Below are positions 38,470 through 50,765 of a stretch of 64,000 bases of DNA, in pieces. The stretch spans positions 45,510,001 to 45,574,000 of the forward strand of contig CM052817.1 in assembly GCA_028534125.1 (NCBI GenBank), in the 5' to 3' direction. The position numbers were made by a program, and so were the translations under genes. This DNA is from Lama glama. Lineage: Eukaryota. The notes under the pieces are model-generated. The model was given only the letters and a program-made list of their open reading frames with translations, had not been told where the DNA came from and made no database searches. Position 1 is the stretch's first letter. Each line of letters begins with the position of its first letter.

Positions 38470-41400
38470 AATTCATTCTTCTAAAAAATTTTATTGTGGT
38501 AAGGACAGTTAACATGAGATCTATCCTCTTAAATATTGAAGTGTACAGTACAGTATTGTTGGCTACAGGTACAATGCTAGACAGCAGACCTTTAGAACTT
38601 ACTCACCTTAATTAACTGGAACCCTATGCCTGTTGACGAGTAACTCTATTTCTCCCTCCCTGCAGCCCCTGGCAACCATCATCTCACTCTTTAATTCTAT
38701 GAATTTGGCTATTTTGGATAATACTTGCAATGAATGGAATCATGCAGTATCTGTCTTTCTGTGACTAGCTTATTTCACTTAGTACAATGTCCTCAAGATT
38801 CATCAATGTCACATATTTTTTTAAGGCTGAATAATACTCTCTTGTATGTATATACCACATTTTCTCTATTCATTTGTTGGAAGACGTTCACATTTCTACT
38901 TTTTGGCTATAGTCAATAGTTCTGTGATGAACATGGAGTGCTAATAATTCTTTGAGATCCTGATTTCAGTGTTTTTGGCTAAATACCCCAAAGTGGGATT
39001 GCTTGATCTTATAGTAATTCTATTTTTAATTCTCTGAGGTACCGCCATACTATTTTCCATAGAGTTGCACCATTTTGCATTCCTAAAAGTGAACAGGGTT
39101 CTAGTTTCCCCACATCCTTGCAGACACTTTGTCTTTTTTTTTTTTTTGATAGTAGACATCCAGACGGGTATGACATGATATTTCATGGTTTTGATTTGCA
39201 TTTCCCTCATAATTAGTGATGTTGAGCATTTTTCTCATATACCTGTTGGCTATTTGTATGCCTTCTTTGGAGAAATGTCTATTCAAGTCCCTAACTCATT
39301 TTAAAATCAAGTTGTTATTATTATTATTATTATTTGCTATTGTTATGGGCATTCCTTATGTATTTTAGAGATTATTATCTTATCAGAAACATTGTTTGTA
39401 AAAATCTTCTCCATCCTGTAGGTTGCCTTTTTACTCAGTTGATTGACTTCTTGATGTGCAGATGCTTTTTGGCTTGATGTAGTCCTATTTATTTATGCTT
39501 TTGTTGTCTATGCTTTTGGTCTCATATCTATGAACTCATTACCAAGGCCAATGTCATGAAGATTTTTCTCTAAGTTTTCTTCTAGGAAGTTTTATAGTTT
39601 CAATTTTCATGTTTAAATCTCTAATCCCTTTTGAGTTGATTTTTGTGTAAAAAGTAAGATAAAGGTCCAGTTTCATTCTTTTGCATGTGGATATTCAGTT
39701 TTCCCAACACTGTTAAAGAGACTGTCATTTACCCACTGTGTATCTTGGCACCTTCTTCAAAAATCAGTTGACCATATATGCATGATTTATTTCTGGACTC
39801 TCTATTCTGTTCCATTGGTCTATATGACTGCCTTTATGCCAGTACCATACTGTTTTAATGACTGTAACTTTGTAATATATTTTGAAATCAGAATCTGTGA
39901 TGCTTCCAGCTTTGTTGTTCTTTCTCAGGACTGCTTTGGCTATCTGTGGTTCCAAATGAAATTTAGAATAGTTTTTTCTATTTAAAAAAAATGCCATTGG
40001 GATTTTGATATATATTGCATTGACTCTGTATGTTGCTTTTGTTAGTATATATATTTTAGCAATATTAATTCCAACCATGAACATGGGGTGTCTTTTGATT
40101 TGCTTGTGTCTTCTTTAATTAATTCCATCAGTGTTTTGTAGTTTTCAGTAGATAAGTCTTTTATCTCCTTAGTTAACTTTATTCCTAAGCATTTTATTTT
40201 TTTGGTGCTACTGTAAATGAGATTGCTTTCTAATTTCCTTTTCAGATAATTTGTTGATAGTGCACAGAAATGCAACTGACTACTTTGTTGATTTCACATC
40301 TTGCAACTTAACTGAATTTGTTTATTAGTTCTAACAGTTTATTTTTTTTTATGAAGTCTTTAGGATTTTCTTCATGTAAGATCATGTTGTCTGCAAATAG
40401 GGACAATTTGACTTCTTCCTTTCTGATTTGCATACCTTTCATTTCTTTTTCTTCCCTAATTTTTCTGGCTAGGACTTCAGTACTATGTTAAATAAAAGTG
40501 ACAAATGTGGGCATCCTTGCTTTGTTCCTGATCTTACAGGAAAAGCTTTATGTTTTTCACTAATGACTATGATGTATTCTGTGGGCTTTTCATATATGGG
40601 TTTTTTTTTTTGAGGTAATTTACTTCTAATCTCAGTTTGTTGAGTTTTTTTTTTATCATGAAAGGGCATTGAATTTTGTCAAATACTTTTGCTGCATCTA
40701 TTTGGAAAATCATATGATTTTTATCTCATTCTCTGTCAGATAAATAATATAACTCCTATTTCATTAGGGTCAGTGTGTTCGGAGATTTACCTTGTTCCTT
40801 ATTTGGAACATCTTTGCCTGCATCTTCATTTTCTTTGACTCTTTGTTGGTGTCTGTGCATTAGACAAAGGGGCTGCCTCTCTTAGTGTTCATGGACTGAC
40901 TTCATATGAAAGAAGATCGCCACCAATCAGCCTGGCCAGAGATTCTGGAGGTCTCTCAAACCTTCCTAATGGTTGAAACCATTTTCTGTGTTCTCTGCAG
41001 TCCCCCAGGTGTCTAGGGTATATCTAGTCTCATCTGGGCATTGGGACAAATGGGACCCAAGCCTGTTCCTCAGGTAGCATCCAGAAAAGCTGGCTTATTG
41101 GATGCTCTGTCCAACTCTTTTCCTATCCAGGGAAAAGATGGGAGCTAGAGTTTTTTTTCACCTGTTCTGGGCTGAGCTGGGAGTGCTGTGACAATTGCCT
41201 GCCTAAATCTCCATCTCTGTTCTCACTAGCCCCCAAGGGGCTAGAATATGCCAGGTCTCATCAGCATTTTCAGACAAACAACTCAGAAGCTTTTCCTTTG
41301 TTTGGGCAGCTCCTGAAAAAGTTGTTGCATTGGATGCTTGGGCCAGCTCTTTATCTCCTCATGGAGAAGCCAGCATCTGTGCTTTTTGTCTGCTTGCTCT

Positions 41401-41841
41401 TTGCTGAGCCAAGGGAAAGAGCTATGGAATTTACCAGCCCAAGCTACCATCTCCATTCTTCTCCAGCTGGCTAAACTGTGCTGGAATCATCAGAGTTCTA
41501 AAACTGGCAAGACAGGAGGCAGTCCTTTGGGGAGCACCTTCAGAAAATTTGAGGTGCTGAACATTTAAACCAACTCTTCCCCTCCCTAGAAGAAGCTGGA
41601 ACTAGGGGATCTCTTCCTGACCTCTCCCTGTGCCGGCAGGGATTCTGTTGTGTGGATGTCCCACATCTCCTTACCAGCTTTAGTGAGTCTGGTTTCACAT
41701 TCACCCTGGGTGCAGGATTCTTTCAATTAGTTTCTGGATTTCTCAAAAAGGGAATTATGTGTGAATTGGTGCTGAATCAGTGTGTTTGTGGGAAGAAAGA
41801 GGGTCCAGGTTATCCTACTCTGCCATTATGCTGATGTCACT
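38470..41841 (-). mobile_element. L1MA/L1M3-like element with intact 5' end and large internal deletion
   Basis: 3'UTR and ORF2 at 38470-40730 (ORF track shows decayed '[14 protein letters not shown]...[12 protein letters not shown]' and '[17 protein letters not shown]'); ORF1 start and 5'UTR at 40730-41841; 5' terminus 'agtgacatcagcataatggcagagtagga' on the minus strand. Confidence 0.85.
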
Positions 41842-43039
41842 TTAAAGACTAAAGTTTTAATGGCTTGTTTTATAGGCCATGTTAAAATGACATTTCATCC
41901 AAAGACCATATCAAAATTTGGGCCCAGTTTTAGGTTTCCATGGAGCTCTTGATAGCATTTTTTCTTCTTCTTATAAATTGGGACTGGGCTGGAGGACTGA
42001 CTTTTCTCATTGACTGTTCACCCAACATTTCTTTTCTATCTGTTACATAATCCTCTCTGGCACCAGTACTCAACCTTGAACTCCATATATGCCCCGCACC
42101 GGTCCTTCTTGGTATTAGTTCCCATAGCCTGTATTTACCCCTGCCCATGCCCTCGGATGGGACCCTGCCATGTCTGGGCAGACTTGTTAGATAATAAGTC
42201 TGCCCAGTAAACAGTACTTTATCTTGTTAGATTTTCTGGTGCTGAGTCTTGTCTGCTGGCTTGAACTTCTCAGTTAATGCCTTTTGCTTGCTTGGTGCTG
42301 GAGTTTTGTCAGTCTGCTTGGTTGGAGTTGATCTCTGAGGCCGGGAGAGTTCTCCCCAGCCCTGTACCTCCAGCATGGCTTCTTCCCAGTCCTGACTGCC
42401 TCCAAGTTGAGATACTGACTTGGAGGAATCCACATGCTGGTGTTAGATTAAATATCGAGACTGCAGAAGTCTTTGAAATCCACTGGGAAAAACAATGCAT
42501 GCTGAAGGAGAACTGAGGAAAATTGTGATGGTTTGATCAACTTCACTCTCTCCCTCAGTTTATAATGATTGACTTCCTCAGGAATAATAAAAGGAAGGAA
42601 AAATAAGAGAAAGGCAGGAAGAGAATAGAGCGAAGAGGAAGAAGATATAGGAACGCAACATCTATGGATGTTTCGAAGTTATTGACCCATGAAGTGGAAT
42701 TAAAACTTTAAAAAACGGTGTATTAACAGGACACCATATTGCTTATTCCCAACTCAAGCGCTTAACAGCAAGACCTGATGAAGCCTGGGAAGCTGGAGCC
42801 AAAGTTGGAGGTAGAGGCCACCCACAGTCACTTGGGACTCCTTTTCCTTTATCTCTAGAGGGATGGATACTTCAGGCGAAATCCACTTCTTCCATCTTGG
42901 TCCTTCAAGGACCAAATATAAAAATAAATGCATGGGGAGATGCTCTGGCTTCCAGGAGAAAGGGATTTTAAATAGTGTAACAGTCTATAGCAATAGAAAC
43001 TAGCTTGGGCTAATTCCAGAAGAAAGAGGCCTTACTATT

Positions 43040-44050
43040 AGGGAATGGAGATGGCCTTAAACAAATGAAAAGATGATAAACCTCCCTCACAATAAGATAA
43101 ATGAAATTTAAAACTACACTAAGACTTCATTTTTCACCTATCAGGATGGCAAAAGTCCAAAAATTGGATAACATTCTCTGTTAGCAAGGCTCTGGAGGAA
43201 TAGGCACCCCTAGACATTGCTGGTAGGGGTACAAAATGATAAACTTCTCTGGAGGTCAATTTGGCGATGTTTGTCTAAATTACAAATGCGCTTATCTTTT
43301 GACCCAGCAGTCCTGTTTCTGGGAATTTCTTCTAAAGACATATCTATATACATAAAAAATGACATATATAGTGCTGTTCACAATAGCTAAAAATTGGGAA
43401 CAAGCCAAATGAACATCAATAGATACTGGTTAAAATAAACTGGTGCATCCACTCAGTGGAAGTCCGTGCCACTGTAAAAGAGGATGAGAAGGCGCTCTGT
43501 GTACCCATGTGGATATTTTGTTAAGTAAAAAAAGGAAGTTGTAAGAGAATGCATATAGACACATAGTATGTGGATAGCACTGTTACCATTTGTGCAAGAA
43601 AAGGAATTGAAAATAATATTTGTGTTCATTATGCTTGCAAAAAGAAAAGCTGGGAGGATACCTAAAATTTTTTAAAAAGTTCTTGTTTTCTTATTGAAGT
43701 GTAGTCTATTTACAGTGTTAGTTTCAGGTGTACAGGAAGGTGATTGTACAGTAATACATATATGTATTTTTTTTCAGATTCTTTTTCATTACAGCTCATT
43801 ATGAGAAATTGAATATAGCTCCCTGTGCTATACAGTGGGTCCTTGTTGTTTATCTATTTTATGTATAGTAGTGTGTATTTGTTAATCCCAAACTCCTAAG
43901 GTATCCCTCCCCCTACACAAACTTTTAAGAGTGGTTACCTGAAGGTCTGAGGGCTGGTGGGGTGCAAAGGGAGAAGGAAACTTCTTTAGCATCCCTTATT
44001 GTTGTGCTTTGAGCTTAGAACAATGTGAATGAATTTAAAACATTAAATAA
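43040..44050 (+). mobile_element. Old L1M (L1MD/ME-like) 3' region
   Basis: 'aaatgaaaagatgataaacctccctcacaataaga...cttttgacccagcagtcctgtttctgggaattt'; resumes after 43915 with 'ttaagagtggttacct'. Confidence 0.7.
43680..43915 (-). mobile_element. L1 3' end (cetartiodactyl/camelid) nested in older L1
   Basis: 'ttattgaagtgtagtctatttacagtgttagtttcaggtgtacag...ccctgtgctatacagtgggtccttgttgtttatc'. Confidence 0.85.
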
Positions 44051-45182
44051 AGAGAGGTTATACTTTCTGAAAAAGCCTGAATAACCAGGCTTGGAGACTA
44101 CTCACCGGAAAACAATGGACCAAATCACCCTGCCAGCTCCGTGAAATAAGCCAGGCACAATCCACTCTGAGATGACACCCAGTTTTCAGGGGCATGGAGG
44201 CTGTGGTTCTAGTGGCAGCCTCCCGGGTCCACTGTTCAGTGTCAGTATCAGGGATGTGTGAAGTACGTGCCACCTGTCTATTTTCAGCCCTGGAATTCAC
44301 TGAGCCACACAAACGGATGCCCTGTGCCAAGATACTGCTCCCCTTTGGTACTACAGGTGATACTGGGATGGAGCCCTTGAGCTAGTTGTCTGTAGCAACC
44401 AACAACCTCAACTATCTGTTCTGCTGTGTACTACACATAGTATATTTTTCCACTTACAGTCTTTTAAAGGAGTTTGAGAAGTGATGGATTAGAGAACAAG
44501 CTTTAGAAGAAACTGTCCGCCCCCCGCAGCTTGCCTCCAGTGAGGAGGCAAAGCATTCAAATTTGTTAAATAAAAGACATTCGCTTGTTCTGTTGTGCTT
44601 AGAGTGGATTTGCTGCTGTTGATGTTCGAGTACTCAGTGCTCTGCACCGGAGGCTGGTTTCCAAGGAAATAAAGGCTCCATTAAAACTGCTTTCCACCCA
44701 AGCGTTAGATTGCTTATCAGAGAGCTCACAATTAGTGAAAGTCTCCACCACATCTCCCGGGGAACTTTAGGAAGGGTGATATTTATGTCTATATTCTCTC
44801 ACTTTAAGGAATATTCAGAAAATATGTTTTGAGGCCAGGGGATGGGGAAAGCCAGGGAGAGGGATAACATGCCTAAGAGTGCTTCTTTAAGTGCCTTGAT
44901 GTTGCCCATATAGGCCAGCCTCCTGGGGTGCTAAGTGGGGTGGAGAGGGGTGGGTATTTGATCGTGGCGAGGGGGCTACCTAGCACAACCTCTAAAAACA
45001 CAGGACAGGGTTAGTTGCATACAGTTGTGCTGGCTTATTGAGTAAGGTATGCTATCATTAACAAAATCTTCATTTGGCAACTTTGACTTTTATTCTCTGC
45101 TCACTCACTAGTAGTGTCAAGGGATAGAGAGAGAGCAGAAGTGGAGTCCTCTGCCCTGACTCCAAGCCTATTTCCATGTTCT

Positions 45183-45295
45183 GTTTTAAAAATTCAAGTA
45201 TAGTTGATTTACAATATTTCAGGTGTACAGCAAAGTGATTCAGTTATACATATATAAATATATCTATTCTTTTTCAGATTCTTTTCCATTATACC
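45183..45295 (-). mobile_element. Very short L1 3' end
   Basis: 'aagtatagttgatttacaatatttcaggtgtacagcaaagtgattcagttatacat...ttccattata'. Confidence 0.8.
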
Positions 45296-45329
45296 ATTTT
45301 CATGTCCTTGATAGAGGTTTTCTGGATTC

Positions 45330-45745
45330 CACTCATCTGTCCATCCATCCATCCATGTATCCAACCATCCATCCATCTTTCCAAACCCTCATACAACAAG
45401 CGTGCTTTTTAAGCATTGGCACAAATTATTTTGTACCAGGTTCTATGCTAAGAAATGAAATGAGAATATGAAGAAATGAAATGAAATGAAATGAAAAGAA
45501 ATGAAAAAGAATATGATTACTTTCAGGAACCTCACAGTCTTATGGGAAGACAGACATGCAAATAAGCTAACACAATGTGATAAGTGTTAAGTATAGACGT
45601 ATGTATAAAGATCACAGAGAGAGCAAGGCCCAAGCCTTCATGTGTAGGAAAGGTAAGGCTGGAGCTTAGACTCGTACTAGAGTAGGTACTTCCTATGTGG
45701 CCCCTTTTAATGGAATAGCAGAATAGCACTCTGAGCAGAAACATA
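45330..45745 (-). mobile_element. L2 3' fragment with (CCAT)n tail and internal (AAATG)n expansion
   Basis: (CCAT)n at ~45335-45377; 'gtaccaggttctatgcta'; (AAATG)n at 45452-45510; 'ctcacagtcttatgggaagacagacatgcaaa'. Confidence 0.7.
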
Positions 45746-45926
45746 GACAAGGACGCACCTTCCAGCTGGGCGCAGTCTTGAGCCAGACACTATTGGTGAG
45801 TGGAATTTTGGCCAATTTCACCTTGCTGGCTAGGAGCCTGTGTGTATCCTTCAGCCTTATGGGACAGTCCTGTCCCTCAGATGTGATTTTCCAGAGGCTA
45901 CTACATCAGAGTCAGAGCTTCTCTTT

Positions 45927-46051
45927 TCTTTTTTTTTAATATAACATTTTTTATTGAATTATAATCATTTTACAATGTTGTGTCAAATTCCAGTGTAGAG
46001 CACAATTTTTCAGTTGTACAGGAGCATATATATATTCATTGTCACATTTTT
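45927..46051 (-). mobile_element. Very short young L1 3' end with 12-bp TSD
   Basis: Closely matches 24120-24235 ('ataatcattttacaatgttgtgtcaaattccagtgt'); TSD gagcttctcttt at 45915-45926 and 46052-46063. Confidence 0.9.
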
Positions 46052-48039
46052 GAGCTTCTCTTTCATTGGGACCCACCCAGAGAATCAGATGGGTAGGTGA
46101 GTGGGCGTGGTCTAGCTGTTGTCAGCTCAGTTCCCTCCCTTGCTTAAGAAGACATCTTTTGACCAAAACCAAGTATTAAAAATCTTTTGGAGCCAGGTAG
46201 TACTGGTCCGTGCTGTACTGTTACTCTCACTGCTTCACAGGTAGGCTGGCAGGTAATACATAGCTGAACTCACTCTCTTTTCCTGGTCTTCCCACTACTG
46301 ATAATACAATAATGCACATTTACAAATTTCCTCTACAGTAACTATGTGAGTGAATTCACATCTCAATATTTCTTCTCATTTGCTCTTTGAAGACTTGGAG
46401 TAATAGCTTCTCTAGCACGAAGCAAATTTTTGATCTTTATTTTATTGCTTTATTGTCAATAAACCATCAAAAGGATGTAATCTAAGGGAACTTATTGACA
46501 GAGTCTTGTTGGAAATTTGTGCTATAGATTAAAATAAGAAAACCCCAAACCAAAAAACAGCCGCTACAGCTATTTGTGAGTGACCGTAAGGAGGTGCAGT
46601 CTTCCATTATTTTATTCTGCAGGATGTTAGTGATTGAACATTGGAGAAGTGCTCAGCTTAACATAAATTAATAGCATCCTTCCTGGTGGATTGGCCAGGG
46701 AACCAAAACACCATTTGGAATTGTTTGAGTCATTCTTACACATTTCACTATATTTGCAACAGTGAGAACCTGAGACCCACTTTTGAAACTTGTTTTTGGC
46801 ATTATTAAGTACATTTCTGATATAAGTTTTAACTCAGATGACTGGTTTCTTTCTACACAATGCCAATAATCATTTTAAAATTTTTTCTTTCTGTCTCATT
46901 TTTCTCCCAAACAGCTCAAAGGAAGCCAAATTAATTTTCCAGCCTAAAGTATAGGAAGGAGCTGGAAAATTGAGGACTGCAGGAACGCAGGAGGGGCAGG
47001 GGGCGCCAAGGGGCCAGAGACATGAAGATTGTTACCACCGGCAGCAGTGGCAACAAACAGCTTCCTTATATGGGAAAGTGACAAAGACTCTTGAGATTCA
47101 GCTCTCTGTAAACTTACCCAAATTATGCTAGAATTCATTGCTTTCTCACTGTCACTGGCTTGATGCTAGTGTCATGTATGTGAAGGAAATCTGTTTGGGG
47201 AAAGCAAGACAATAGCCAAAAAAGTGGATTCAAAGCTGGAACAACAGGATTTTTATTCTTAGAAGGAATAATTTCACATGGCATCCCTGGTGTTATTGGT
47301 GTTCATTCATAACTTTTGATGATCTGTGAAGGTCAATGCTTTTTGCTTTTTCTTTAAAGAGAAGTTCCCTCCATACTCTACGACTCTCTCCAGTGTACAA
47401 GGCAACAGTCATTTACTGGTCAGTTTCCTCATTAATTACAAACAGCATCTTACATTGACCAGGTGAGAAGTCCACATTGACTAAACTGACCAAATAACTG
47501 CAAAGAGCCCACTTCTCCTGGGGCTGTTAGCAGATGTCTCTCGTTACTGGTGAGCAGTTGGTCATCTTCAGCACCATGACCTCCATATTGCCTTCACTTT
47601 TTGGCATATCACAGCCTTGCACTGATACCTGTTAACCTATCATAAATGAGTACAATTTGAGAAAAGTTAGTTGGGAAAGGACGGTAAGTTGTTTTTTTTC
47701 TTTTTTTTACCACCCTCCCTCCCCCAAATCTGTAATTTCTGATTTAGTTTGAAGTTGGCATCTTTTAGAAAAAATAATTTATTCAGCAGATGTTTATTGA
47801 GCCCTATTATGTGCCAGGTACAAGAGGAGGCAGCAGTGAACTCTCAGACAAGGGCTCAGTGCTAATAAAACTTGCAATCTAGGGGAGACAGACAATAAAT
47901 CATTATAAAAAATAAGCAATGCAATTCTAGATAGGAATAAATATCGTAAAAAATGAAATAGTAACGTGCTGGTGGGAAGCTACGTTGGGATGGGCCATTA
48001 GGGAGAGCATCTTTGAGGAGGTGACTTTTGTTTTCTTAA

Positions 48040-48285
48040 GCTGTGATGTACTGAATGCTTTCTATGCTAAGCCTGGTCTTAAGTGTTTTATTTATATTAA
48101 CTCATTCAATCCACAGAGTAACCCTGTGAGCAAGTATGACTGTCTCCTTTCTATAATCAGGAAACTGAAGGATGGAGCCATTTGGAGACTGGTTCAGGAC
48201 TACACAGATGATGAACAGTAGAGCCAAGTTTGCACCAGGGGAGTTTAGCTCCAGAATTTGTACCTTTAATTACCACAGATACTGT
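48040..48285 (-). mobile_element. MIR SINE nested in L2
   Basis: 'attaactcattcaatccacagagtaaccctgtgag...ggaaactgaag...ttagctccagaat'. Confidence 0.75.
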
Positions 48286-48589
48286 CTGTCTGCCTTCATT
48301 TGAAACTCCAAGGACCCAAAAAAGCCAACCATGTAAAGAGCTGTGCTGGGAGGCTGGGGGAACAGCAAGTGCAAAGTTCTTGAGTAGAAAAGAGGTTGCG
48401 GTGTCTTAGAAGCAGACCAGAGACCACTGTAGCTGAAGCAGAGCGAACAAGAGCAGGAGGAGAGGGTGACAGAGGCTCAGCTGGGCAGATGCCAGACCTG
48501 ACAAGAAGGCCTTATGAAGACTTGTGGTCCTTGGCAAGGAGTTAGATTTAATTCTAAGGGAAGCCACTGAAGGGCAATGAGGAGAAAAG

Positions 48590-50254
48590 CACTGCTGCCT
48601 AGACTAAATAAGAGGGGGTCCTGTGCTGGGCCCCATGCTTTAGTGGGCACCACATATGTCACACACACATACATGTGCACATATGCATGCAAAGCACACA
48701 CGTAGGAGAAACAGTCTTCAGGTTCCAAGCATCACTTTATGGTGAAAATAGTGATATAAGTGGTGGCAGGGTAAAATTAAAGTGTTTTGCAGTGCTTTCT
48801 GCAATAATAATTATTATTTGTAACCCTGTTAAAATATTTGAACATGGTATCTGAGGTTTATTTTTGAATCTGAATGTTGGTTTAAGGATTTTATCAACAA
48901 TTCTGATTGCTTTCTAGGGAAATTTCTCCAAGTTTAAATTAATTACAAAAACTAAGAACTGTATAATAGCTCAAGAAATGGGATCAATTTGACATTACTG
49001 TCAATAGAGGACAAATTATGTGACAGTCTTGATTATGATAATATAATTATTCATTTTATTGGAATGAAGGCAAGCACAATAAATTTTATTCTGAAAATAG
49101 ATAATTTATGAGCTATATACATCTTTATTTTTAACTCATGCAAATTTTGCTGGCCCATCAACAGAATACTCAGATATGTGTCATAATAGTTAAATTCAGT
49201 TATTTTTGATATTTTGCAAACTTTTAATCACATAAAAACTGTACAAATATTTTTTGATTTTTTTAGTTGAAGCATAGTTGATTTACAATATTGTGTTAGT
49301 TTCAGGTGTACAGCAAAATGATTCAGTTATACATGTATATATGCATATTTTTTCAGATCCTTTTCCATTATAGGTTATTACAAGATACTGAATATAGTTC
49401 CCTGTGCTATACAGCAAATCCTTGTTATTTATCTATTTTATACATATTAGTGTTTATCTATTTATCCCATACTCCTAATTTATCATCCCCCTTCCCCCTT
49501 TGGTAATCATAAGTTTGTTTTCTATATCTGTGAGTCTATTTCTGTTTTGTAAATAAATTCATTTGTATTATTTTTAAATTCTACATATAAGTGATATTAT
49601 ATAATATTTGTCATTCTCTGGCTGACTTCCCTTAGTGTGATAATCTCTAGGTCCACCCATGTTGCTGCAAATGGTAATACTGTATTCTTTTTTTTTTTTA
49701 CAACTGAGTAATATTCCACTGTATATATATCCCACATCTTCTTTATCCAATCATCTGTTAATGGACATTTAGGTTGCTTCCATGTCTTGGCTATTGTAAA
49801 CAGTGCTGCTATGAACACTGAAGTGCATGTATCTTTTTGAATTAGAATTTTCATCTTTTCCGGATATATGCTCAGGCATGGGATTGCTGATCATACAGTA
49901 GCTCCATTTTTTGTTTTCTAAGAAACCTCTGTACTGTTCTCCATAGTGGCTGCACAAAATTACATTCCCACCAACAGTGTAGGAGGCTTCCCTTTTCTTC
50001 ACACCTCCTCCAGCACTTATTATCTGCAGTCTTCAATGATGGCCATTCTGACTGGTGTGAGGTGCTACCCCATTGTAGTTTTGATTTGCACTTCTCTAAT
50101 AATTAGTGATGTTGAGAATCTGTCAAAGTAGGAGGATGGAATATATGTTATTTAACAAGTTAGTTGCTTGAAATATCAATTTAAACATTTCAGTAAACAG
50201 TGTGTGGCTTTCATTTGTCCATCTGCTCAGGCCTTGCAAATATAAGGAGCCCTT
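48590..50254 (+). mobile_element. hAT-Tip100 (Zaphod/MER115-like) DNA transposon with transposase C-terminal remnant, split by an L1
   Basis: 48873-48959 translates NVGLRILSTILIAF*GNFSKFKLITKTKN; after a frameshift 48989-49087 gives LTLLSIEDKLCDSLDYDNIIIHFIGMKASTINF, resembling the hAT dimerisation motif (ERSFSKLKLIK...LSIE...LDY..II..F..MKAR); right end 'tgctcaggccttgcaaatataaggagccc' resembles a Tip100 terminus. Confidence 0.75.
49249..50120 (-). mobile_element. L1 3' region (ORF2 C-terminus and 3'UTR), cetartiodactyl-type
   Basis: ORF 49597-49854 'QKDTCTSVFIAALFTIAKTWKQPKCPLTDDWIKKMWDIYTVEYYS' is the L1 ORF2 C-terminus. Confidence 0.92.
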
Positions 50255-50569
50255 CAGGGACGTGACATGATCTACTTCATGATTTTAAAGGATGAGAAAA
50301 AGCAGCAAAGCTATACTCATTTCTAAAAGTGATACTGATTTATGTTTTTAAAAGATTAAAAAACCAATGACTATATTCCTTTCTGAAACACAAAAATTTA
50401 AAAAAGGATCTTTTTTTTTTCTTTATAAGTTTAGCATAGAGAAAAGTTAGACATTTTAGTATGGGAAAGAAGACACAGGTACCTTGGATTAATCTTTGTC
50501 CCACAACATGTCAAATATGGATTCTTGGATGCTGATAAGTCCACATCAATCTTCTTCTGTTTCCTAGAG

Positions 50570-50765
50570 CAGTAGTGCTCTGTGCTGCACACTGAAAATA
50601 CTGTACTTGTAGAGTTTTTAAAGCACACATTTGCTTGGAACCACACCCCCCCCCCCCCGACGCCGAGCCCCTGCAGAGGTAGGCACTAATTGTCATGGGT
50701 GGGGCTCTTTAGTCTAAAAGAGCTCCAGGTGACTCTAATGTGAGGTCAGGGCTGAGGACTGTTGT
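50570..50765. mobile_element. MER5A-like hAT-Charlie MITE
   Basis: 'ctgcacactgaaaat...gagtttttaaa...gagctccaggtgactctaatgtgaggtcagggctgaggac'. Confidence 0.6.

Larger units (their letters stand above)
47775..50295 (-). mobile_element. L2 LINE interrupted by MIR, hAT element and L1
   Basis: L2 terminus 'tttattgagccctattatgtgccagg'; body 'gggaagccactgaaggg' at ~48558 resumes as 'cagggacgtgacatgatc' at ~50255. Confidence 0.7.

Noticed and set aside
39764..40669. ORFs with reverse-transcriptase-like peptides
   Set aside because: Frameshifted remnants of L1 ORF2, not a functional gene
50646..50658. C13 homopolymer (possible G-quadruplex on the minus strand)
   Set aside because: Homopolymer expansion inside a MER5A-like element, with no independent sign of function
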